Source of the DNA: an uncultured Candidatus Saccharibacteria bacterium | GTDB lineage: Bacteria > Patescibacteriota > Dojkabacteria > GCA-002793355 | Length of the DNA: 64,000 bases | Direction of reading: 5' to 3' | Assembly: GCA_964525295.1 (NCBI GenBank) | Contig: CAZGEO010000001.1 | Location: forward strand, 312,662 to 376,661 | In this document: one piece after another, positions 10,054 through 17,630 of the stretch | Layout of the letters: each line of letters opens with the position of its first letter | How positions within the stretch are numbered: the first letter of the stretch is position 1 | The notes under the pieces: generated by a model | Seen by the model: the letters and a program-made list of their open reading frames with translations, nothing else | What the model was told of the DNA's origin: nothing | Database searches by the model: none | Position numbers and translations under genes: made by a program

Positions 10054-11478
10054 GGTGAAAAAGCTCACTTGTAACGAAAAAATATTTTCTTGAAAAAGTC
10101 CCGACAAAAGGAAACTCCACATTGCACAAATTGCGAAAGCTGCCAAGAGCGGAGAAATGGACTTATTAATGAAAATTTTTCGCGCAGCATAATAAACAAT
10201 TAGAAAGTAAAGTATTAGCCAAACTCCCCCCAGTTCTACAAAGGTAACTGCTAACGCACTTTCTCGAATTTCTCCTGCTGCAGTAAAATTGCCATTGGTA
10301 CCAAGCCCTTCACCAACAATTGCGATTTCAGGAACTGCTGAAACTATCGTAGATAACTGCTCTACTGGTTCAGTATGCCCAAGAGTAGCTTTGCTTAACA
10401 ACGGTGCAATCGCAAAAACAAATAGCGCAAAAGTAGAGATAATAACAACCCACAAAGGATATTTAGCTGGAAATTTTTGTGGCAATACTCTTAAGTAAAT
10501 ATACGTGAAAAAGATAATAATCACAAATAAAAGGGCGCCTTTCCCCATATTTAGCACAAACAATACTGCTGTTACTAATAACAACAGAAAGTCGACTTGT
10601 TTACGGTACTTTACAACTGCACAGATGAGCCAAAACAGTAGAAACGCTATGACATATCCATAATTTACTGGCTCCAAATAAATTCCTCCCGTTCTTATAA
10701 AATTGATTCCTAACAGATCAGTGTAGAACCTGCCCTCTGTTGCTGTTTGAGGAAGTAACGTCTCAAAAAAGAGTTTTGCAAAATATAAATATCTCGTTCC
10801 AACGTATTCTTGCCACCAAAAAATACTATGATTAAATATCATAATTGTTCCTACATGTACGACAGATAACAACGAAATCAACGGAACCATGAAGCTTCGC
10901 GCAAAAATTGCCTCCCAGGGGTTTGGCAATTTTTGCGCGACCCAACTTCCGAATACTCCAATAAATAGTACCGTACTATAGTTTCGGAAACTCCCTAATA
11001 ATGACATGGCTGAATCGCCAGCTAAATATTGACTAATTACTAGAAGTGTCAGCCACCCGAAGAGTACATACAAACAAGTTCTCATCACATTCACTGTTTT
11101 TACCTTCACAAATTGCTGCAAATCTCGAGAAAAAATGAAAACTACTGCAAATCCGAGCAATAATAATTTCCACTCTAAAAAGATCAGTGAATATATGCGC
11201 CCCCAATTAGTGGTAACTTGCTCGACAAAATATTCTTCTCCGAATAATCGTACAAAAAATGACGAGATTAATGCATATGAAATGTTTTGTACCAAAATTA
11301 CCATCAACAAACTGCGGATAAGTGCAGGGAGCCGATTCTGCCAGAGAAGAATGACAAAAGCGGTGGCACTAACCAGCAAGAACATTCCCATTATTGGCCA
11401 TATAATCCCCAGAGCTGCAAACAAATACGAAACAATCAAAATCGCTGGTAGATATTGTGAAAGCTTCGCAGAGTTCAT
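9997..11478 (-). CDS. Wzy-like polysaccharide polymerase / O-antigen ligase family membrane protein.
   Basis: About 490 aa polytopic membrane protein with a larger loop region. The chosen ATG at 11478 lies 4 nt after the TAG stop of the upstream Wzz-like gene. The 3' end overlaps the convergent GT2 gene by 57 bp. Confidence 0.55.
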   Translation of the reverse strand: MNSAKLSQYLPAILIVSYLFAALGIIWPIMGMFLLVSATAFVILLWQNRLPALIRSLLMVILVQNISYALISSFFVRLFGEEYFVEQVTTNWGRIYSLIFLEWKLLLLGFAVVFIFSRDLQQFVKVKTVNVMRTCLYVLFGWLTLLVISQYLAGDSAMSLLGSFRNYSTVLFIGVFGSWVAQKLPNPWEAIFARSFMVPLISLLSVVHVGTIMIFNHSIFWWQEYVGTRYLYFAKLFFETLLPQTATEGRFYTDLLGINFIRTGGIYLEPVNYGYVIAFLLFWLICAVVKYRKQVDFLLLLVTAVLFVLNMGKGALLFVIIIFFTYIYLRVLPQKFPAKYPLWVVIISTFALFVFAIAPLLSKATLGHTEPVEQLSTIVSAVPEIAIVGEGLGTNGNFTAAGEIRESALAVTFVELGGVWLILYFLIVYYAARKIFINKSISPLLAAFAICAMWSFLLSGLFQENIFSLQVSFFTLFAGSLCIPRNFEVSLYK

Positions 11479-11482
11479 AATA

Positions 11483-12208
11483 CTACTTCTTTTTGTTGAA
11501 CACCGCAGGCAGAAGTACCGCAATGCCTGCAAAACCGCCCAGAAATATTGCCCCAATTAGCGCATAAATTACGGCATTTCTAGGTTGCTTTTGCGCAATT
11601 ACGCCAGGAGAAGTGACCCATGCAAGACTTTCTGTTGTGGCCGTTAACTGCTCAAGTGTTGCCAATTCTTTATAGTAATCACTTATTTCAGAAGTCATTG
11701 AAGCGTAATCTTTTGCAAATGTTTCTTTTGCAAGAGTAATTTCTGAAATTTTTTCAGCAACTTTTCGCTGAGCTTCTGCATTAGTTTGTGCTGTTGCTGA
11801 ATAATTACGTAATCCATCAAGAATTTCATTTAAGCGTTTTGTTCCAATTTCGACTGAAGATGTTTTCAAATCTATAGCAACAAGGGCATTCATCATATTT
11901 CCTTTCTCATTTATTGGACGAGAAATCCATACAACTGATGCATCTGAAGCAGATTCTGCAAGATATTGACGAGCCAACTGGTACATCACACTATCGGGAT
12001 ATTCTGCAAGATATTGCCAACTTCGAGGAATACTCAACGTTGCCTGCATCTCATACTGAGGAGTTCTGGTATTTCCCCAAACCCACCCCACTACTCCGCC
12101 TACAATTCCTGCAATTACTAATATATACCAGGAATTCAATAAATATTTCATTACTACCGTAAAATCTACATCATCGTTTGTGATGATTTCTCCAAAATAC
12201 TTCTTCAT
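11483..12208 (-). CDS. Wzz-like chain-length determinant (polysaccharide co-polymerase family).
   Basis: Topology is an N-terminal TM helix, then a hydrophilic coiled-coil-like region of about 170 aa, then a C-terminal TM helix (AVIYALIGAIFLGGFAGIAVLL). It sits adjacent to the Wzy-like gene. Confidence 0.5.
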   Translation of the reverse strand: MKKYFGEIITNDDVDFTVVMKYLLNSWYILVIAGIVGGVVGWVWGNTRTPQYEMQATLSIPRSWQYLAEYPDSVMYQLARQYLAESASDASVVWISRPINEKGNMMNALVAIDLKTSSVEIGTKRLNEILDGLRNYSATAQTNAEAQRKVAEKISEITLAKETFAKDYASMTSEISDYYKELATLEQLTATTESLAWVTSPGVIAQKQPRNAVIYALIGAIFLGGFAGIAVLLPAVFNKKK

Positions 12209-12223
12209 ATTCGTGTTAATAAT

Positions 12224-13204
12224 TTAGTACTCTTTTTTTGTTATTCTCTTTAATAAGTTTACCAATTTTCTTGGTAAAAACGAATAAAGCAACGCAGCAA
12301 AAACTTTGTAGTTAAACCCATATTTTTTCAAATACTGCGTTGATTCAATTCTAACTGCAGAAGAATGATTGGCACGAAGTGCAGTTCGAATTGTTTGCCA
12401 CGACAATTCAGCCGGCGATAATGATTCTGCAAGTTTCTTAAAAATTTTTGGATCAAATGAATCGTACGAATCACTCCCCTTTTCTATACGTTCCTGATAC
12501 CAAATCCGAATTAACTCTAGCATTTGTTTTTGAATTTCCCAAGAATATTCCGTAAAAGTTACTGAACTCAATGAAGTTCGATACTTGACTAAAGGTTCTG
12601 CAATATTGGCTAAAAGATAGCCATCGGTGACGAGTCGTAAAAACAAATCGTAATCTTCACCATAAAATATTTTTTCACGATAATGAATGCTGTCAACATT
12701 CCTTGACATAATGGTGGAGTGCGTGAACTGGTTACTCTTCGGTAACGTCTCTACTATTTCGCGGTGCGTCAACTTATCTTGACATACTTCTCGCTGTACT
12801 GCGCCATCCCAATCTATGCGAATTATTCCGCTTCCTACAAGGAAAATATCAGGGTGGGAAACTAAAAACTTAACTTGCTTTTCAAGCCGCGTAGGTAAAG
12901 CGATATCATCGGCATCAAGAACAGCGACAAATTCCCCCCGTGCTTCACGCAAGCCCTTGTTACGATTGGCAGCTATACCGAGTTGTTTCTCATTTGAAAA
13001 TAGCCTAATTCTATCATCGAGAGCAGAAAGGCGTTGTGCAATCTGTAATGAATTGTCAGTCGATGGCTCAATCAAAAGTAACAATTCCCAATTCTCATAC
13101 GTTTGTAACAAAATTGAATTGACCGCCTCTTCGAGAGTTGCTGCTGCATTGTAAGCTGGCATAATCACCGAAACCAAAGGATTCTCAGCAGCTTTATTAC
13201 TCAT
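12224..13204 (-). CDS. Family 2 glycosyltransferase.
   Basis: VSVIMPAYNAAATLEEAVNSILLQTYENWELLLLIEPSTDNS...VAVLDADDIA shows GT2 with a DxD motif. Confidence 0.75.
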   Translation of the reverse strand: MSNKAAENPLVSVIMPAYNAAATLEEAVNSILLQTYENWELLLLIEPSTDNSLQIAQRLSALDDRIRLFSNEKQLGIAANRNKGLREARGEFVAVLDADDIALPTRLEKQVKFLVSHPDIFLVGSGIIRIDWDGAVQREVCQDKLTHREIVETLPKSNQFTHSTIMSRNVDSIHYREKIFYGEDYDLFLRLVTDGYLLANIAEPLVKYRTSLSSVTFTEYSWEIQKQMLELIRIWYQERIEKGSDSYDSFDPKIFKKLAESLSPAELSWQTIRTALRANHSSAVRIESTQYLKKYGFNYKVFAALLYSFLPRKLVNLLKRITKKEY

Positions 13205-13223
13205 ATGCCCATTATAGCATTCT

Positions 13224-13718
13224 ATGCTACACTACCCTATGCCAAAAAAGGTTCATTTACTCCTCATTGCGTCAGCAGGTGGTCACCTCAAAGAGCTCTA
13301 CAACTTAAAAGGATTTTGGCAGAATTATGAAAGAACTTGGGTTACTTTTCCAACTGGCAATGCTCCTGATCAGTTGAAAGATGAAAAAAACGTAATATTT
13401 GCAGCCTGGCCCACACAATACCCAAATCTTCCAAACAATATTCGCAATTCTTTTCAAGCCCTTTTCATGATTCTTAGCGGAAAATACACGCATATTATCA
13501 CGACAGGTGCAGGAGTTGGCGTTCCCTTTATCTGGATGGGATGGCTATTTTCACCAATTTTAAGGACAAAAACTATTTTTATTGACTCGCTGACACGAAC
13601 AAACAATATGTCTTTTGCAATGAAACTTGTTTACTTTTTTTCTCATATTAGATTGACACAATGGGAACATTTAACAAAGAAATACCCAAGATTAACCTAT
13701 AAAGGCCGTGTAATATGA
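13224..13718 (+). CDS. Alg14-like membrane-anchoring subunit of a split UDP-sugar glycosyltransferase (EpsF/PssD/Cps14F-like).
   Basis: VHLLLIASAGGHLKEL is a glycine-rich Alg14/GT28 N-terminal-domain motif. The gene is paired with the Alg13-like gene through an overlapping ATGA junction. Confidence 0.6.
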   Translation: MLHYPMPKKVHLLLIASAGGHLKELYNLKGFWQNYERTWVTFPTGNAPDQLKDEKNVIFAAWPTQYPNLPNNIRNSFQALFMILSGKYTHIITTGAGVGVPFIWMGWLFSPILRTKTIFIDSLTRTNNMSFAMKLVYFFSHIRLTQWEHLTKKYPRLTYKGRVI

Positions 13719-14191
13719 TACTTGTTGCATTAGGTACTGAACAATTTCCTTTTCCAAGACTACTCGATTGGATTGATCAGGCCATTGAAGAAGGCGTTAT
13801 TCCGAAAGAAGAGGAAGTATTCATTCAGGCTGGCAATACCGAATATAAAACTCACCATCAAAACGTAACTATTCGTCAACTCATTCCCTACAATGAGTTA
13901 TACAAGAAATATGGTGAGGCACGCATCAGCATCGTACATGCCGGCATTGGCACATTTCTTGATATTTTAGAGCAAGAAAAAACACCACTATTGGTTCCGC
14001 GCAACCCAGCATTACGTGAACACAAAGACAATCACCAGCAAGAATTCGCGGAATTAGTGCAAAAAGAACTCGGCATTCCCGTAGCCTTCGGCTACGAGGA
14101 ATTCAAAAAGTTGATTGCGAATTTTGCACAAAAGTGCAAAATTCGCTCCACCAAAGAAAATCTGGTCAACTTTCTTAAAGAACAGATTTAA
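13715..14191 (+). CDS. Alg13-like catalytic subunit of a split glycosyltransferase (GT28 C-terminal domain; EpsE/PssE/Cps14G-like).
   Basis: MILVALGTEQFPFPRLLDWIDQ...ISIVHAGIGTF is the typical Alg13 / GT28-C motif pattern. Confidence 0.65.
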   Translation: MILVALGTEQFPFPRLLDWIDQAIEEGVIPKEEEVFIQAGNTEYKTHHQNVTIRQLIPYNELYKKYGEARISIVHAGIGTFLDILEQEKTPLLVPRNPALREHKDNHQQEFAELVQKELGIPVAFGYEEFKKLIANFAQKCKIRSTKENLVNFLKEQI

Positions 14192-14492
14192 CCTTTTTAG
14201 TGTATTCCCCCAACTTTAAATTGTAAGCGAGACGGCCGTCAGTATGTTTGTGCAATGTCGCAAGAATATTGCCACAGTTTCTGCATGACAAAGAAGCAGT
14301 TGCATCGTCATTTGCAATTTTATAAACAAGTTCTTGTGGGCCATGTATTCTATTCAAGTAACACCGATGAAGCCCCCCAATGCCATCTTTCTGATAGAGA
14401 AAAGCATATTCGCCACAGCGAAAACAGCTTATCTCCAAGATCTTCGCTTTTCCTCCTCGAACTGCAAAGTACTTATCTTTTTTTAATTTCAT
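14175..14492 (-). CDS. Hypothetical small zinc-ribbon protein (two CxxC pairs).
   Basis: The 105-aa ORF contains CFRCGE...CRNCGN. A TATACT -10 box lies 9 nt upstream of its ATG. It overlaps the 3' end of the Alg13-like gene by 17 bp. Confidence 0.35.
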   Translation of the reverse strand: MKLKKDKYFAVRGGKAKILEISCFRCGEYAFLYQKDGIGGLHRCYLNRIHGPQELVYKIANDDATASLSCRNCGNILATLHKHTDGRLAYNLKLGEYTKKVKSVL

Positions 14493-14544
14493 GGAAGGTT
14501 GAGTATAGCACGATACAAAGAGGCCTGTCCTCTTTATTACTGAA

Positions 14545-15684
14545 CTAACTCACGAGAACATTAATATAGTCCCCATCTTGCATTACATACGTCTTCCCTA
14601 CAGTTTGCAGCTTTCCGGCTGCTTTCACTTCATTAAAGCCACCTAATTCAAGAATATCTTTAACGTTCGCGATTTGTGCTCGCACAAATCGCTCTGCAAT
14701 ACTCGTATGAATGCACGCAGCTGCATCAACCGCAGTATCACCGTTCGTTAAGAACCAGCTGCGAGTGTCTTTCTCATTGCCAACGTAAAAATTGATGTAA
14801 TTCAATTTCTCTTTAGCTAATTCGATCAAGGTCTGCACATCGCAAAAATATGAAAGATCTTTACGCATCTCTTCGACTTCAGCTTCAGTAAAACTTTGAA
14901 TTTCTGATAAGAATCTTGAATCAATCAAGCCGATCTTCCCCATTGCATCAGACCCATACGTGTGCGCCATATATTCTGCCACCTCTTTCTTCCAACCTTC
15001 GATCATTTCGAGATACTTTGCATCTCCCATATCCATATACGAAACATTCAGCACCACTAAAAAGGGCTTTGAAGAAAGAAGGAATAAATCATGTAATATC
15101 TCTTGCACCACTTCAACAGATTTCTGCTCTGGTTCATTTCCAAATCGATATGCGCTTTTACCTTCATTCAAATACGTTAACAATTTTTGTAAAGCCTGTT
15201 GTTGAATCTTTGCCTTTTCGTCTTTTCCTGAGCGAACATCTTTATCAAGCGCATGAATTTTTTTCTCGACAGTTTCTACGTCGCGAAGCATAAGCTCCAT
15301 AACTACATCTTCTAGATCGCGTTTGGGGTCTAATCTATCGTATACATGGGTTACATTTTTATCTGGAAATGCGCGAAGCAGATACATGATTAAGTCGACT
15401 TCACGGATATGTGACAAGAACTGATTTCCCAACCCTTCACCTTTTGATGCACCCTTTACTAAACCTGCAATGTCAACGAATTGGATAACTGCCGGAAAAA
15501 CCTCGTTCGACTGGAATAACGCTGCAAGCTTTTTTATTCGCTCGTCATGATATTCAACAATTCCAACGTTTTTATCTATCGTACAAAATGGAAAATTTTC
15601 TGCAGGAACTGCAAGTTTTGTAATAACATTAAAAAGCGTTGATTTTCCAACATTAGGAAGCCCGACAATACCGATTGATTTCAT
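14545..15684 (-). CDS. ychF: Ribosome-binding ATPase YchF (Obg-family GTPase).
   Basis: MKSIGIVGLPNVGKSTLFN is the P-loop, and the C-terminal TGS-like region ends YVMQDGDYINVLVS. Confidence 0.85.
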   Translation of the reverse strand: MKSIGIVGLPNVGKSTLFNVITKLAVPAENFPFCTIDKNVGIVEYHDERIKKLAALFQSNEVFPAVIQFVDIAGLVKGASKGEGLGNQFLSHIREVDLIMYLLRAFPDKNVTHVYDRLDPKRDLEDVVMELMLRDVETVEKKIHALDKDVRSGKDEKAKIQQQALQKLLTYLNEGKSAYRFGNEPEQKSVEVVQEILHDLFLLSSKPFLVVLNVSYMDMGDAKYLEMIEGWKKEVAEYMAHTYGSDAMGKIGLIDSRFLSEIQSFTEAEVEEMRKDLSYFCDVQTLIELAKEKLNYINFYVGNEKDTRSWFLTNGDTAVDAAACIHTSIAERFVRAQIANVKDILELGGFNEVKAAGKLQTVGKTYVMQDGDYINVLVS

Positions 15685-15698
15685 AGTGAATTATAGCA

Positions 15699-16565
15699 TT
15701 AATCTTTGTATGGCGAATATGAAGTATTGTCAAAATCCTTGTCTGGCGGGACCAAATAACTTGAACGCAATAATCCAGCAACACGATTTGCTATATGTAA
15801 TCTAACATTCTCACTCGCTGGTGATATTTGCACGCTAGTACCGAAAGCACGGTTGTTACGAATATTTCTTGCCGAACCAATAGATGATGATTTTGCTGAA
15901 TAATAATCCTCTAGGTATTGAATAGAATCTTCATTTACATGAGAGTACCAATCTCTCCATACATTTTTTTCTGCCAAAATCACAGGAAATTGAATAACCT
16001 CCTGTTTTTTACTAATTTGAACTTTTCCTGCCAACGAAACCGCAATAAGTGAACGTTCTGGCCCCCAATCATTCGTCTTTGAAATAGCGATTACATCTAA
16101 AATTGCAACAGGAATAAACTTTTCACCAACTTTTAGTAACTCATACCCAAGAACTTTTATCGAAGTATTACAATTATGTTTATTGCCGTCAGTAACGTAT
16201 CTATAAGCGAATTCATCACCTTCTTTACTAAAAATTCCGCTTGATTCAATGCCACGATGTAGCCATTTTGGTTGCGTTTTTTCAATCTCTGAGAATAACT
16301 TATCCATTACTGCTCGAAAAGCATTACCAAAAGGTTCTTCTGACTTCTTACTTACTTCTAACCAATCTATATAAGCGTAATCTTCACCAGAAAAATCCAG
16401 CGAAACTCTGTATGCTCCGTTTTTATCAGTTTGCCAGGTTAACGAGACAATATTTTTTTCACCTACTGAAGTACTATATACATTCCCACCCTTGCCTTTT
16501 GATTCTTTAACCTGAATCCCATCATTATTAATCGGCCACTGCTCTGAACTAGTTTTTCTCGCCAT
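15699..16565 (-). CDS. Hypothetical protein.
   Basis: 288-aa ORF, co-directional and tightly packed between ychF and the isomerase gene. I recognise no motif. Confidence 0.5.
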   Translation of the reverse strand: MARKTSSEQWPINNDGIQVKESKGKGGNVYSTSVGEKNIVSLTWQTDKNGAYRVSLDFSGEDYAYIDWLEVSKKSEEPFGNAFRAVMDKLFSEIEKTQPKWLHRGIESSGIFSKEGDEFAYRYVTDGNKHNCNTSIKVLGYELLKVGEKFIPVAILDVIAISKTNDWGPERSLIAVSLAGKVQISKKQEVIQFPVILAEKNVWRDWYSHVNEDSIQYLEDYYSAKSSSIGSARNIRNNRAFGTSVQISPASENVRLHIANRVAGLLRSSYLVPPDKDFDNTSYSPYKD

Positions 16566-16623
16566 GCATAATTATACCCCATAATACAACACTAATACCT
16601 CTTTGCGAACTCCTAATTGACCA

Positions 16624-17571
16624 CTAACTCACCCACTCGTAGTTTCTTCGTACCGTATCTTCAATTTCTTCTGGTTTTACTAAACCGAATTCTGTAATGT
16701 ATCCAGTAATAAATTGATGTGGAACCAAATCAAAGGCAGGATTAATAATTTTTAATTCCTTCGGAGCTTCAGGCCAAATTTCATGGGATTCTCGTAATTC
16801 AATTTTTATCGGATTATAGATTGTCGTCAAATCGAGTTTTAAACTCGGCGTTACAATATAAAGCGGTTTACTCGCAAAATACGAGGCGAGCCCCATACTA
16901 AAACTGCCAACTTTGTTGAGTGCATCTCCGGTAACTGACACTTGATCGGCCCCCAAGAAAACGACATCAACTGGTAAAAAGCTATCATCTTTAATAAAGT
17001 AAGACGCTGCAGAATCAACGATCATTGCTGTTTCTACCCCTGCTTTCAACAAATTCTTCGAGGTAATTCGACCTTGATAAAGTGGTCTTGTTTCTGTATT
17101 AATTGCCTTAACCTTATGATGTTTGTTAAGCCCTGCAATAATCGATTCAGCTGTACTTGAATGACAATGAGTGAAGACAACATTCGCATGCGCACAAATT
17201 TTCAGTCCATGTTCAATAATTTTCTTTTTTGAGTCTTCAATCAACTTTATGTACTCATTTGCCAATTTCACAACTGCTTTTGCTGCCTCAGCGCCATCTT
17301 TTACTTCTGGATATTGCAATACCAACTGCGTTAGTACATAACGAATACCGTTTTTTGCTAATGGTTCATTTGGTCGTGCGTTAGCAAGTAACGTCATGTA
17401 TTTCTCGAGATACTCTCGAAACATTGCATAATCTTTAAATTCTGCGGTTTTTGCCCACTCAGCTATAGTGATAAAGGTTGCCAAAGCAACATTTGTAGCG
17501 CCTTGGATTTTTATCGCAACAATATCATCGATTGTTTTCTGAATTACAGCTGGAATAGTTTGTTCACTCAT
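16624..17571 (-). CDS. eIF-2B alpha/beta/delta-family sugar-phosphate isomerase. Likely a ribose-1,5-bisphosphate isomerase; an MtnA-like enzyme is the alternative.
   Basis: 315 aa, with the family-typical N-terminus ...IKIQGATNVALATFITIAEWAK and a Rossmann-like C-terminal half (VFLGADQVSVTGDALNKVGSFSMGLAS). The size fits R15P isomerase (~320 aa) better than MtnA (~350 aa). Confidence 0.6.
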   Translation of the reverse strand: MSEQTIPAVIQKTIDDIVAIKIQGATNVALATFITIAEWAKTAEFKDYAMFREYLEKYMTLLANARPNEPLAKNGIRYVLTQLVLQYPEVKDGAEAAKAVVKLANEYIKLIEDSKKKIIEHGLKICAHANVVFTHCHSSTAESIIAGLNKHHKVKAINTETRPLYQGRITSKNLLKAGVETAMIVDSAASYFIKDDSFLPVDVVFLGADQVSVTGDALNKVGSFSMGLASYFASKPLYIVTPSLKLDLTTIYNPIKIELRESHEIWPEAPKELKIINPAFDLVPHQFITGYITEFGLVKPEEIEDTVRRNYEWVS

Positions 17572-17630
17572 GGGCAGTTAATACAATATTACATTGTCAG
17601 TATAGCAAGACGAAATCAAATTCACAACAT

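Noticed and set aside
15699-16565. Possible RuBisCO next to the R15P-isomerase-like gene.
   Set aside because: The ORF is only 288 aa and lacks RuBisCO large-subunit motifs such as the GxDFxKxDE-type active-site region. It is kept as a hypothetical protein.
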